A stretch of 20,000 nucleotides of DNA from an uncultured virus (IMG/VR IMGVR_UViG_3300009164_003518) (IMGVR_UViG_3300009164_003518:52958-72957), one strand, 5' to 3'; numbered from the stretch's first letter, positions 1 through 8,623 are shown. Notes: generated by a model from the letters alone, not told the origin. Translations and numbers: made by a program.

Positions 1-2
1 CA

Positions 3-215
3 CACATTGTACCTGTGCTGGTTGGGGATGCTAAACGTGCCAAAGCAATGAGCGATGCATTGATTAACGATCACAACATCTATGTGCAGGCCATCAACTA
101 TCCCACAGTGGATGTGGGAACGGAGAGGTTGCGATTTGCTCCCACTCCGTTTCACGATGATGGTATGATCGAAGACTTGGTTCAAGCCCTCGTCAAAGTG
201 TTTAACACATACTGA
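3..215 (+). CDS. hemA: 5-aminolevulinate synthase, C-terminal part (5' truncated by window edge)
   Basis: Frame is open from base 3: HIVPVLVGDA...IYVQAINYPTV..GTERLRFAPTPFH, the typical ALAS C-terminus. Confidence 0.85.
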   Translation, partial: HIVPVLVGDAKRAKAMSDALINDHNIYVQAINYPTVDVGTERLRFAPTPFHDDGMIEDLVQALVKVFNTY

Positions 216-435
216 GAACTTGTGTAACACCAAATACTAATGCAGCTCGTAACTGCAAGTCAGCGCCAGCAGATTCTAACTTCTCAGTGTTGATCAAGTC
301 TTCAAGCAGGGCACGAGCTTCGTCTTGTGAAACTTGTCCGTTCTGTAGAGCTTCTGCTATTTGTAGAGCATATTGAGCACGTTCAGCTGCCCAAGGTTGC
401 CCACTGTTAATCACTTCATGCAGTACTGAGCTCAT
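202..435 (-). CDS. hypothetical helical protein (77 aa, MSSVLHEV...)
   Basis: ATG at 435 overlaps the TGA of the upstream gene (ATGA); overlaps the hemA 3' end convergently. Confidence 0.75.
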   Translation of the reverse strand: MSSVLHEVINSGQPWAAERAQYALQIAEALQNGQVSQDEARALLEDLINTEKLESAGADLQLRAALVFGVTQVLSMC

Positions 436-1319
436 AGTCCGCTCGCGCCCATTGTTGCCCACTCACGTGCGCCATTTGGTAATGTCTGCTCACAAGCCAA
501 CTGTGCTACCATTGTTGTAACAATACCTGCTACAACCGCTGCACAACTTTGTGGGACGATCATAGCACCAGCCGCTACATCAAACGATTTTGCCAACGAG
601 AATGCAATGGCAAACGTTAGAATTTGTTTATTAGATTCACCGATTGCTTTACGCACATCTGGAGCCATCCAAATCAATTCAACAAATGCTGCTGCTGTTA
701 AATCACAGGCTGCACCTAATGCTACTGCACCTACAGTTTCTTTAGCTGCCAAATACATAATAGCAGTAGAACTTAGTGGTGCTGTTGCTGCCACTGTAGT
801 TGCTTGACTGCTTGGCTCTGGACGATATAACAACGCGGCAAATACTGTACCTAATGCAATGCTAACACCGATCTGGCAGTAGTTGGCTTGCACCCACTCA
901 GCCATCAACTCACCACCACGTGCGACACCATATACACCTGCACGAGCACCTTGCTCCATGGCTCTAATAGCCAACTTGCTACCTGCATCAATATCACCAA
1001 GAGCGGCATCAGCTACTTTAGCAGACCACATACCATGACGGGTGTAACCAATTTTTGCTTGTCCGGCGGCACTAACTCCGATACCGTGAACTGAGTTGAT
1101 CGAGTTTCTCGCAAACTGTTCAGCTTGACCAGTAAGATTACCAGCCCCATCAGTGATCTGTTGACCTGCAACATTAATTGCTTTAGGTGTTTCTCTGATT
1201 ACAGTATTGATTACATTAGTAGTAGGTGCTACTACTGCGTTGTTAACTGTGTTTACTGCGCTGTTAAATGTATTTGTCACAGCCGTGTAGCTACTTTTCT
1301 TAAACGGATTCCATCCCAT
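432..1319 (-). CDS. hypothetical membrane-associated protein with N/T/A/V-rich N-terminus and several hydrophobic C-terminal helices
   Basis: 295-aa ORF, AGGAG RBS at 1327-1331, Ala/Val/Gly-rich hydrophobic segments. Confidence 0.75.
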   Translation of the reverse strand: MGWNPFKKSSYTAVTNTFNSAVNTVNNAVVAPTTNVINTVIRETPKAINVAGQQITDGAGNLTGQAEQFARNSINSVHGIGVSAAGQAKIGYTRHGMWSAKVADAALGDIDAGSKLAIRAMEQGARAGVYGVARGGELMAEWVQANYCQIGVSIALGTVFAALLYRPEPSSQATTVAATAPLSSTAIMYLAAKETVGAVALGAACDLTAAAFVELIWMAPDVRKAIGESNKQILTFAIAFSLAKSFDVAAGAMIVPQSCAAVVAGIVTTMVAQLACEQTLPNGAREWATMGASGL

Positions 1320-1337
1320 AATTTAACTCCTTAATAA

Positions 1338-2057
1338 TTATTTGGATTTTTCTAACTTAGCAATGTAGTTGGCCATCATGTGATCAAACACACCAATATA
1401 CTTTTGCCCTTTTGATCTGGCTCTCAATCTACTGCGAACCATATCTTTCACACGCTGCCACGGAGTTAGGTCTCTAAACTCTCCATGGAAGTTCATGTAC
1501 TTGTGTGTGCCATGATGATCAAATCCCATTAGTCTAAATGGAACTTTGGTTACATCATCACAGTTGTTTTGTACTCTGTAATGCTCTATTGTTAAGCTCT
1601 TAACAAACTCTGCATTGCCAACTCTTGGCGAACCAAATGTTACCAATGCTGTTACACGATCCTGCATACGACTGGCAGCGATTGTGGCCATGGCAGCACC
1701 AAGACTGTGTCCAGTTACATATACATTACCTGGATTGTCTGCAAGTGCGGCAGTGATGCTGGGCCATAGTTTGTTTATTTCGCCTTTGAATCCTACGTGT
1801 ACTTTGCCGCCACAGGCTTCAATGTTCTTACCTGACTTTAGGTCTGCCAACACATCTGACTTCTCAGTTACTTCAGTACCTCTAAATGACAGCACTGTAA
1901 TAGTACCATTGGTTAACAAGTATGCCTGTGCTCCGTCTATGTCAAAGAACTCTACAATGGTATAGCCTAAGGCTTTAAACTTACTTTTAGAATCTTTGGG
2001 ATTGTCATAGGTAGTTTGCGCTATGTTAGCAAACTCTAATAGTAGTTCTGTTTTCAT
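1338..2057 (-). CDS. class 3 lipase (Lipase_3, alpha/beta hydrolase)
   Basis: Motifs SFRGT, VHxGF, VTGHSLGAA nucleophile elbow, TFGSPRVGN, NNCDDVTKVP, C-terminal DH. Confidence 0.92.
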   Translation of the reverse strand: MKTELLLEFANIAQTTYDNPKDSKSKFKALGYTIVEFFDIDGAQAYLLTNGTITVLSFRGTEVTEKSDVLADLKSGKNIEACGGKVHVGFKGEINKLWPSITAALADNPGNVYVTGHSLGAAMATIAASRMQDRVTALVTFGSPRVGNAEFVKSLTIEHYRVQNNCDDVTKVPFRLMGFDHHGTHKYMNFHGEFRDLTPWQRVKDMVRSRLRARSKGQKYIGVFDHMMANYIAKLEKSK

Positions 2058-2440
2058 TAGAATCTTCCTTGTGTTGTTTTAGCCAGCACGTCAGCTTGCT
2101 GTTTAATAATCTTGATCTTTATATCGCAATACATAGGACTAACTGGTCCTGTCTTTAGGCGATCCTGATACTCGTTAACAGTGTTTGTTATTGTACCAGT
2201 TAGCTTGGCAATATCCTTAGTGGGTTTAGTCTTAGCATAGGTATCAAACCACTCTACATTCAATGCTAATGATTTAAGCTGTTGGGCTTGATCACCTCGA
2301 CAATCAAAGTGATTAGTCTGTACCTGGATGTCTGTTATGACTTTGGCTTGATTGGCATCCCACTTGCTGGGAATCATATCAACTATGCTGGCACAACCAG
2401 TTAGTCCTACTACTGCTAACATAACTATGAGTCTTTTCAT
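2057..2440 (-). CDS. lipoprotein of unknown function
   Basis: Signal peptide with lipobox LTGC; TAATG coupling to the lipase. Confidence 0.8.
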   Translation of the reverse strand: MKRLIVMLAVVGLTGCASIVDMIPSKWDANQAKVITDIQVQTNHFDCRGDQAQQLKSLALNVEWFDTYAKTKPTKDIAKLTGTITNTVNEYQDRLKTGPVSPMYCDIKIKIIKQQADVLAKTTQGRF

Positions 2441-2450
2441 ATTCTAATCC

Positions 2451-3263
2451 TTAGTCTGCTTTACCGCACTTAGCACGTTTTGCATTTGTCAATGCGCCAT
2501 AGTCCATAGGCCACTCTTGTCCTGGGGTAATCTCTTTTGCGTTAGCAGGGAATTTATATGCTACACCTGCTTGTTTCATAATCTCTGCTACCGGCTTACG
2601 GAATACTGTTAGATCGTTACCTAAATTAACATATGGTTTAGTATGGGGGAATACCCAACCTGCAATCTGTTTTGTATCGTTATTAATTACTATCTTGTAG
2701 TAACCGTGTGGAACAATAACGCCAGCACCGATAGTAGGATCGCCAGCACCATAGAATGCGCCAACATAGATGGTAAATGACTGTTTCTGTTGTACTGCCC
2801 AACCTCGGATGTTAGTTTCAAGTAGTTTCCATATGCCACGATTTAAACTGCCATGCTGTGGATACATATTAGTCATTAGGAATGATTCGTATTCAACAAT
2901 CTCACTCCAAGATAAGTCGCCATCCGGAGCGGCATGTCCTTTGTCATAGCCTGTGCCAGCGTAGTCATCTGGGCGGGCACCGTTTGGTATGCTCTTGTCT
3001 GCTACAAAAGCATTAGTACGTGGCCAGCAGCCTAATGCATTTTGTGGCAGTAGCGTGTAGGCAACATAAACAGGAATCTTTACAGGAGCATCATAAGCAA
3101 CCAAATACGCTTCACGGCAGATTGGTTGTGATGGACGCAGGGTGGCTGCAAAGCCATATGGGCTATGAACAGCGCAGGCTTGTGGTGGTAGTGGAGCACG
3201 TTGCTCCCAGGCTTGTGCTAATCCTGCTGTGATCAGCAAGACTAAGGCTAATAATCGTTTCAT
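2451..3263 (-). CDS. exported DNA/RNA non-specific endonuclease (NucA/Endonuclease_NS family)
   Basis: Signal peptide ending AQA; YDKGH, MTNMYPQ..LNRGIW and VPHGYYKI motifs; GAGG RBS. Confidence 0.92.
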   Translation of the reverse strand: MKRLLALVLLITAGLAQAWEQRAPLPPQACAVHSPYGFAATLRPSQPICREAYLVAYDAPVKIPVYVAYTLLPQNALGCWPRTNAFVADKSIPNGARPDDYAGTGYDKGHAAPDGDLSWSEIVEYESFLMTNMYPQHGSLNRGIWKLLETNIRGWAVQQKQSFTIYVGAFYGAGDPTIGAGVIVPHGYYKIVINNDTKQIAGWVFPHTKPYVNLGNDLTVFRKPVAEIMKQAGVAYKFPANAKEITPGQEWPMDYGALTNAKRAKCGKAD

Positions 3264-3285
3264 GTAGTACCTCGTTAAGTACTAC

Positions 3286-3291
3286 TATTTA
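3286..3291 (-). promoter_or_regulatory. late-type promoter core TAAATA upstream of the nuclease-lipase operon
   Basis: GGTAAATA in the short intergenic gap; the same core precedes several other genes. Confidence 0.5.
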
Positions 3292-3293
3292 CC

Positions 3294-3710
3294 TTAGAAG
3301 CTGTTGTTGAACCATCCAACCTTTTTACCGTCGGCTATTCGTTTGTCATAAGCTTCTACACTACCCGGAAAACGCCAAGCCCATACTGCTACAATGCACA
3401 TGAATATGCCCGTGTACACTACGCCCTTAACAGGCACAGTAAAGCTCATAATAACCAAACTGGTACTCATCATGGCCAGCATAAAGTATTTCATCTTCTG
3501 TGGGAACACACGTTTTTCACCCCAGTTGGTTAGGAACGGTCCAAAGATCTTATGGTTGTATAACCAACGATGCATACGTTCATTGCCCTTGCTAAAGCAA
3601 TAGGCAGCAAACACTACAAAACAACTATAAGGGATGCCCGGAGTTATTAATCCGATATAAGCCATACCCAAACTTAAAAATCCCAATACATTCCAAAATA
3701 ACTTTTTCAT
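3294..3710 (-). CDS. YbaN/DUF454 family inner-membrane protein
   Basis: GLITPGIP..FVVFAAYCFSKG..R.H.WL..H..FGP.L.NW pattern; ATG 3710 in ATGA overlap. Confidence 0.85.
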   Translation of the reverse strand: MKKLFWNVLGFLSLGMAYIGLITPGIPYSCFVVFAAYCFSKGNERMHRWLYNHKIFGPFLTNWGEKRVFPQKMKYFMLAMMSTSLVIMSFTVPVKGVVYTGIFMCIVAVWAWRFPGSVEAYDKRIADGKKVGWFNNSF

Positions 3711-4219
3711 GTAAGGTACTCCAGCCACTCTTGATAACGAACTTGGTAAGGCAATCGTTTACGTTTGTTAACCAGTTCATAGAACTCTGGCTTATAAGGT
3801 TTGTACTTAGGTTTATATTTGGTACTTGCACCTTTGTTTGCATTGCATGTGCCGCAGGCTGTAACACAGTTTTCAAAGCTGGTCTTGCCGCCTTTGCTCA
3901 CAGGCATAACGTGGTCAAGAGTACATTCTTTTTTCTGCAACACCTTTTCGCAGTACAAGCAAGTGTACAAGTCTCGAAGGTATACATTGCTTCTTGAGAA
4001 TCGAACGTTGCTTTTAGTCTTCATATATTCTTTTAATATGATAACACTGGGAACCTTAGTTTCCCATACTGCACTATGTACAATCCATTCTTCGTGCCAT
4101 GTAAGTACGTGGCACTTTTCAAGTACCATATACTTTATAGCTTCTTGCCAATCAATAGTAGAAACTGGCAGAAAGCTAACTGGTGCTCCGTCGGCATTGA
4201 GTACGAGCGTGTCTGACAT
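3707..4219 (-). CDS. HNH endonuclease (McrA-like)
   Basis: TLVLNA start; RD.YTCLYC...TLDHVMPVSKGG...FENCVTACGTCNANKG. Confidence 0.92.
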   Translation of the reverse strand: MSDTLVLNADGAPVSFLPVSTIDWQEAIKYMVLEKCHVLTWHEEWIVHSAVWETKVPSVIILKEYMKTKSNVRFSRSNVYLRDLYTCLYCEKVLQKKECTLDHVMPVSKGGKTSFENCVTACGTCNANKGASTKYKPKYKPYKPEFYELVNKRKRLPYQVRYQEWLEYLT

Positions 4220-4249
4220 GTTAGATTTCCGTGTTAGGTTGAATACTAT

Positions 4250-4278
4250 ATTATATAGTAAAATTGCTACTTGAACAA
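4250..4278 (-). promoter_or_regulatory. sigma70-type promoter for the HNH gene
   Basis: TTGTTC-17-TATAAT in the intergenic gap. Confidence 0.6.
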
Positions 4279-4292
4279 GCAGTTTTGGTGTG

Positions 4293-4841
4293 TTAAGCTA
4301 ATATAGATCGAGCAAACTCGTTGCCAGAATGATCGATAGCTTTAGTCCATTGGCTTTGATTATCGAGATCAAACACTAAATCTTGATCTGCTGTGGCCAC
4401 TAACCAACTATGGTTATGTTTAAACGGTGGGTTACCTTGTATCTCATTCTCGAGTTGACCGGGAGTCCACCCACACAATCCTACAAACAATCTCCATCGA
4501 GCAGGACAGTTGCCCATGGCTAAGTTTGTTAGTATATCTGCACTTGAACTAATAGAAAACGTATCATTAATTCTCATAGTGTTACTACACTTCCATTCGG
4601 CGCTGTGCAACATAGTAAATGCTTTAACATTTACAGGGCCACCAATATGTACAAATCCCGCAACATCTAAACTTACATTATGTTGTAGTGCAAACTCTTT
4701 AATAGTCATTTGACTGCGTTTATTCAACACAAGACCCACAGCGCCTTTGGTATGCTGCTCTGTTAGAAAAATTGTAGATTTTTCCCAGAAGTTACCTCTT
4801 ACACTTGGAGGCGCAATGATTAAGTTACCTGTAAAATTCAT
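4293..4841 (-). CDS. YqgE/AlgH (DUF179) family protein
   Basis: LIIAPP, GAVGLVLNK, GGPV, LH, GxxGWxxGQLExEI, W motifs. Confidence 0.9.
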   Translation of the reverse strand: MNFTGNLIIAPPSVRGNFWEKSTIFLTEQHTKGAVGLVLNKRSQMTIKEFALQHNVSLDVAGFVHIGGPVNVKAFTMLHSAEWKCSNTMRINDTFSISSSADILTNLAMGNCPARWRLFVGLCGWTPGQLENEIQGNPPFKHNHSWLVATADQDLVFDLDNQSQWTKAIDHSGNEFARSILA

Positions 4842-6256
4842 TATGCAAATATCGTTCCGCCGACTTGCTGGCCGCCGGCTGCTTTAAGTTTATGTAAGTA
4901 TCCAATGTTGGTACCAGGACCATAAGCTGCCGGATTGGCAGCAGTGAATCGTTGAATATCCTTTGGAGCATTAGGTAAGTGCTCTTTGATACCAGTTAGT
5001 ATCGAAGTTAACTGTCGTTGTGTTGGGCCTCGAGTAAAATTAGGACTGGCTGCATGTCCGTCGGCACTGGTTCCAGTAACTGCTTGGAATTGGTTAGGAG
5101 CCATTAGCACACTGACAACACTGTTGCCCCACTTACCGGATCTCGTTCTATTTAAGATAACTGCCATGACCAGGGCCTGCTCTTCTGAGTTGTTACTTGC
5201 TTCTGCAGAAACTGCTCTTAATAGGTAGTTCCATTCTTTCTCGTCCATGTCTCTACCTAAGAACTTGTCGGCAGTTGCTTTGCCTTCTTTGACTGTTTCG
5301 TCTGATGCTAATGCGGCTAAGTCGGCAGCGCCTTTACTATAGTCTGTGCTCTTAACATCCTTGTCTGTACTCTTAGTAATTGTAATACCTTTAGTAGCAA
5401 TCAATTTATTAAGTGCGGCTACAGTTTCTGTGCCCGGATCACCATCTACAGTAAGACTATTTGCCTGTTGGAATGCTTTAACAGCCTCAACAGTTTCAGG
5501 GCCACGTATCCCATCTGGACCATGCTTTGGTAATTTATATCCTAACGCTATCAATGCCTGCTGAACATCACGCACAGCAGGGCCTCTACGTCCGGTCGGA
5601 ACATCAAGGGTGGGTGCAGAAGGCGAGCCGCCTTGGCCTGCTTTGTCTTTGGTGCGAGGTGCGCCTGGTGCGCCTGTACTGTTTCCTAAGGAAACACCGC
5701 TACCAGATTGAGCTGTAACTTTATTGGCTACTTCTTTATAAACAGCCATAGTGGCATGCACGCCATCTGTTAATGGCTTGCCGTCGATATCGATAATAGG
5801 AACATCGATTGCACCTTTGATAGCATTGCGAACTTCTTCTTGATAATCGCCGCCGTAGTATTGAGCAAGGCCTGCGCCACTGCCTGGGCCATTAGGAAAT
5901 AGCATAAAATATACTTTGGCGGGCTGTTGTGCTTGAACTTTAGCAACTACATTGGCCACGTTAGATGCAATAGTAGCTGCCGGAACTGGCTTACGCTGTC
6001 CTTTACTATCTATAACTGATCTCGATGCATTAGCAGTGTCGTTGGCACCCTGAGAAACTACTACAATCGCGCCTGCTGGTAGCTTACTGATATTAGCCAG
6101 CATTTGACTGTCTGTACTACTGCGGCCACCGATAGCTAAGTTAACCCAATCTTTGCCTCCAGCGTGTGCGATAGCCACTGCATGGCTATCGCCTATCGTA
6201 TAGAATTTTGGGGTTTCACCAGCTTCTTTTACAATTTTAAATTCGTTGAATCTCAT
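4841..6256 (-). CDS. modular cell-wall enzyme: SGNH/GDSL esterase + PG_binding_1 domain + SleB-like (Hydrolase_2) lytic transglycosylase
   Basis: GDSH, GGRS, GAND and DGVH SGNH blocks; VRDVQQAL..LGY..DGI.G.ET..AVKAFQ....L.VDG..G.ET; RAVSAEA...VILNR...NQFQAV; ATG 6256 in ATGA overlap. Confidence 0.85.
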   Translation of the reverse strand: MRFNEFKIVKEAGETPKFYTIGDSHAVAIAHAGGKDWVNLAIGGRSSTDSQMLANISKLPAGAIVVVSQGANDTANASRSVIDSKGQRKPVPAATIASNVANVVAKVQAQQPAKVYFMLFPNGPGSGAGLAQYYGGDYQEEVRNAIKGAIDVPIIDIDGKPLTDGVHATMAVYKEVANKVTAQSGSGVSLGNSTGAPGAPRTKDKAGQGGSPSAPTLDVPTGRRGPAVRDVQQALIALGYKLPKHGPDGIRGPETVEAVKAFQQANSLTVDGDPGTETVAALNKLIATKGITITKSTDKDVKSTDYSKGAADLAALASDETVKEGKATADKFLGRDMDEKEWNYLLRAVSAEASNNSEEQALVMAVILNRTRSGKWGNSVVSVLMAPNQFQAVTGTSADGHAASPNFTRGPTQRQLTSILTGIKEHLPNAPKDIQRFTAANPAAYGPGTNIGYLHKLKAAGGQQVGGTIFA

Positions 6257-6501
6257 TGGCCTTTCCTTGTACCCCAATCAGGAATCTTGCCGCCATACTT
6301 TTTGCCTTTGACTTTGTGTCCGCCCATGACCATACGGCTCTTTGGACTCTTACCCATCTTATGGCTTTTGTCACCTTCGCGGGCACGTAGACCTTGACTC
6401 TTACAGGATGCAAGGTTACTTGCGCCTAAATCACTGTTAGACTTAGTGCTGATGCAAAGAGCTCGGGATGCTTTTTCTGTGATAATTTCGCTGACTTTCA
6501 T
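6253..6501 (-). CDS. small basic hypothetical protein, possibly internal virion protein
   Basis: 82 aa, K/R/G-rich; TAAATA 5 nt before ATG; N-terminus MKVSEIITE. Confidence 0.7.
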   Translation of the reverse strand: MKVSEIITEKASRALCISTKSNSDLGASNLASCKSQGLRAREGDKSHKMGKSPKSRMVMGGHKVKGKKYGGKIPDWGTRKGQ

Positions 6502-6506
6502 GTATG

Positions 6507-6512
6507 TATTTA
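6507..6512 (-). promoter_or_regulatory. late-type promoter core TAAATA (leaderless arrangement)
   Basis: AATAAATA-CATAC-ATG. Confidence 0.55.
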
Positions 6513-7334
6513 TTAGCTTTCAGTATCCAGCCATTCATATACATTTAGCCACTGTTGCTTACCCACAGTTTCTTTTAAGTGCTTTAAGTTTGCCTTAGTA
6601 TTGCTACGAAAACGTTGTAGTTCTTGTTGCGAAACTGGTTCATATTCTATTTCTACACCTTCTTGGTCAGCAATATATTCAGCAATATCTAAGAAGCTAT
6701 GGGCAAGGCCTGCACCCACGTTCCAAATGCCTGAACCGTTAACAGTGGTCATGAAATCAGTATGTATACGGCAAACATCGCCTACCCATGTCCAATCTCT
6801 GTATACATGCTCGGCCGTTTCCCACACTGTGATCTTGCCTTCTTTGCGGGCCTGTTGACGCCATTTGTAAATGGCATTGGCTCGTTTACCTCTAAGATGC
6901 ATCCACTTGCCGTAGACGTTAAAGTAACGAAACCCTTGTACCATGATAGTAGGCTCTTGCTGGAATACCCAGCGATCAAATAGATACTTTGACCACGCAT
7001 AAGGAGTCTGCGGATAGCAGGGAGCAAACTCACTGAAGTCTTTAGTTTGTCCGTAGACTGTGCTACTGCTGGCATACTGTAAGTTTACACCATTGTACTG
7101 ACAGGCAGTGAATATCTCTTGACTGAATTCGAAGTTTTGTTTTAATACAGTGTCAACATCTGTATTGGCAACATCTGCTATTGCTCCGAGGTGTATAACC
7201 CAGTTGTAGGGCTTTACATTAGGGAAGTCTTTAGGATCCCACTCCCAACCTTCAACTTCATGTCCTTGTTGGTTTAACCAACTCATCATATTGCGACCAA
7301 TAAACCCTTGGTGCCCGGTTACAAGAATCTTCAT
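6513..7334 (-). CDS. NAD-dependent epimerase, ADP-L-glycero-D-manno-heptose 6-epimerase (HldD/RfaD)-like
   Basis: TGxxGFIG, HLGA, YASS, YAWSK (YxxxK), GFRYFNVYG, RDW, GIWNVG. Confidence 0.85.
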   Translation of the reverse strand: MKILVTGHQGFIGRNMMSWLNQQGHEVEGWEWDPKDFPNVKPYNWVIHLGAIADVANTDVDTVLKQNFEFSQEIFTACQYNGVNLQYASSSTVYGQTKDFSEFAPCYPQTPYAWSKYLFDRWVFQQEPTIMVQGFRYFNVYGKWMHLRGKRANAIYKWRQQARKEGKITVWETAEHVYRDWTWVGDVCRIHTDFMTTVNGSGIWNVGAGLAHSFLDIAEYIADQEGVEIEYEPVSQQELQRFRSNTKANLKHLKETVGKQQWLNVYEWLDTES

Positions 7335-7351
7335 AGTTACCTCTCACTGAA

Positions 7352-7359
7352 TATTTATA
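7352..7359 (-). promoter_or_regulatory. T4-type late promoter TATAAATA
   Basis: Exact consensus just downstream of a terminator and upstream of the epimerase GAGG RBS. Confidence 0.75.
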
Positions 7360-7377
7360 GGGTTGTTAAGAAGACAT

Positions 7378-7404
7378 AAAAAAAGCAGCCCTGAGGCTGC
7401 TTTT
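7378..7404 (-). terminator. rho-independent terminator
   Basis: Hairpin AAAAGCAGCC-CTGA-GGCTGCTTTT with a T7 tail on the minus strand. Confidence 0.85.
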
Positions 7405-7422
7405 AATTTAAGCAATAAGAGC

Positions 7423-7695
7423 TTAGACTAAGCCAGCTGCCAATGCTTTGTAACCTGCGGCTACAACCTTACGGCTTGGCTTGCCAATTACATACTCAGT
7501 AACAGCAACACCATTGCCCGCGACACGCTTGTTTGCGTATACAGCATAACCGTTTTGACGGATGCGGCTAACTTCAGCACTGATGTTCTTAATGCCAAAA
7601 CGCTTAGTGGCTTGTGCTGGAGTAACAACTTCGCCGTTGTACAATGCGTTAAAAAGTTTGAAAGTCTTAGTTTCTGGATTGAAATGTTTAATCAT
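7423..7695 (-). CDS. small winged-helix DNA-binding protein
   Basis: VTPAQATKRFGI..ISAEVSRIRQNGY HTH followed by a beta wing; own promoter, AAGGA RBS and terminator. Confidence 0.7.
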   Translation of the reverse strand: MIKHFNPETKTFKLFNALYNGEVVTPAQATKRFGIKNISAEVSRIRQNGYAVYANKRVAGNGVAVTEYVIGKPSRKVVAAGYKALAAGLV

Positions 7696-7741
7696 AATAG
7701 TTTTCCTTGTTAGTGTTAGCTTTAATTGCTAACGTTCTATA

Positions 7742-7770
7742 AGTATAAGCGAAATGCGATGCAAGGTCAA
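7742..7770 (-). promoter_or_regulatory. sigma70-type promoter
   Basis: TTGACC-17-TATACT. Confidence 0.8.
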
Positions 7771-7789
7771 GATAAACGGTAAAACACGT

Positions 7790-8137
7790 TTAAATTTTAA
7801 TGCCCAATGTATCCACTTCTTCTTTTGATAATACGCCTTTAAAGGTCTTGCCGGGAAAACGCTGTCCAACCAAATCTAATGCTTCTTGAAGTGTAGCACC
7901 TTGTGCAAGGAATTCTTTAGTAGTATCGTTGTATAGATAAATCACGTCATCATGTCGCTCTACTCTAAGAGGATCTGAGCTGTCAGTTTCAGCATCATCG
8001 GGTTGTTTAAATTTTTCTAAAATTGTAATTAGAGAACCGGGATCCTCTAATAATTTATTCATTATTCGTTGAGTCCAGCGACTATGTAGCCACCAGCCGT
8101 AGATGAATCCCAATACAAAAGTTATTAAAATTTCCAT
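7790..8137 (-). CDS. hypothetical protein with N-terminal transmembrane anchor
   Basis: 115-aa ORF with hydrophobic N-terminus. Confidence 0.75.
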   Translation of the reverse strand: MEILITFVLGFIYGWWLHSRWTQRIMNKLLEDPGSLITILEKFKQPDDAETDSSDPLRVERHDDVIYLYNDTTKEFLAQGATLQEALDLVGQRFPGKTFKGVLSKEEVDTLGIKI

Positions 8138-8138
8138 G

Positions 8139-8321
8139 TTATGAATTTACCGTTTCTGTGAATCGTTGTAAAAAAGCATCAACTAAGCAATTGTAAGTAT
8201 TGCCAGTGTTAATGTTATCATAGTGAATCCAAGTTTCTTGATCATTGTTAATTACGTTCGAGACTTTGAACACAATCGATGCAGATGTTGTCCACCGTGA
8301 TCCTATTTTGATTTGTTTCAT
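8139..8321 (-). CDS. hypothetical protein (60 aa, MKQIKIGSRW...)
   Basis: TAAATA (8327-8332) lies 5 nt before ATG 8321. Confidence 0.65.
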   Translation of the reverse strand: MKQIKIGSRWTTSASIVFKVSNVINNDQETWIHYDNINTGNTYNCLVDAFLQRFTETVNS

Positions 8322-8335
8322 ATCTTTATTTAATG

Positions 8336-8623
8336 TTAACTGCCCCATTTTAGTATCCAATATGTATAATCTTTAGCAGTTAGTTTAGCCGTTACGATGT
8401 AACTATATCCGTAAGTTAAGTGATCCGTTTGCCTATGCCATTCGGGTTGATCCACAGCATGATTCATAACCCATTGGCCCATTTCACTTTGCTGCCATTC
8501 CCAAAGTGGTTGTGCGGCATAGAGATCTGGATCATCAACATCACCCATCTGAAAGCGATGCACTACCGCAGTTTTAATTTCAACTACTTGATCGTTAATG
8601 ACATTAAACTGATTGAGATACAT
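8336..8623 (-). CDS. hypothetical protein, F/W-x-L-K/R-W C-terminal family
   Basis: Ends YWILKWGS; start uncertain. Confidence 0.65.
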   Translation of the reverse strand: MYLNQFNVINDQVVEIKTAVVHRFQMGDVDDPDLYAAQPLWEWQQSEMGQWVMNHAVDQPEWHRQTDHLTYGYSYIVTAKLTAKDYTYWILKWGS

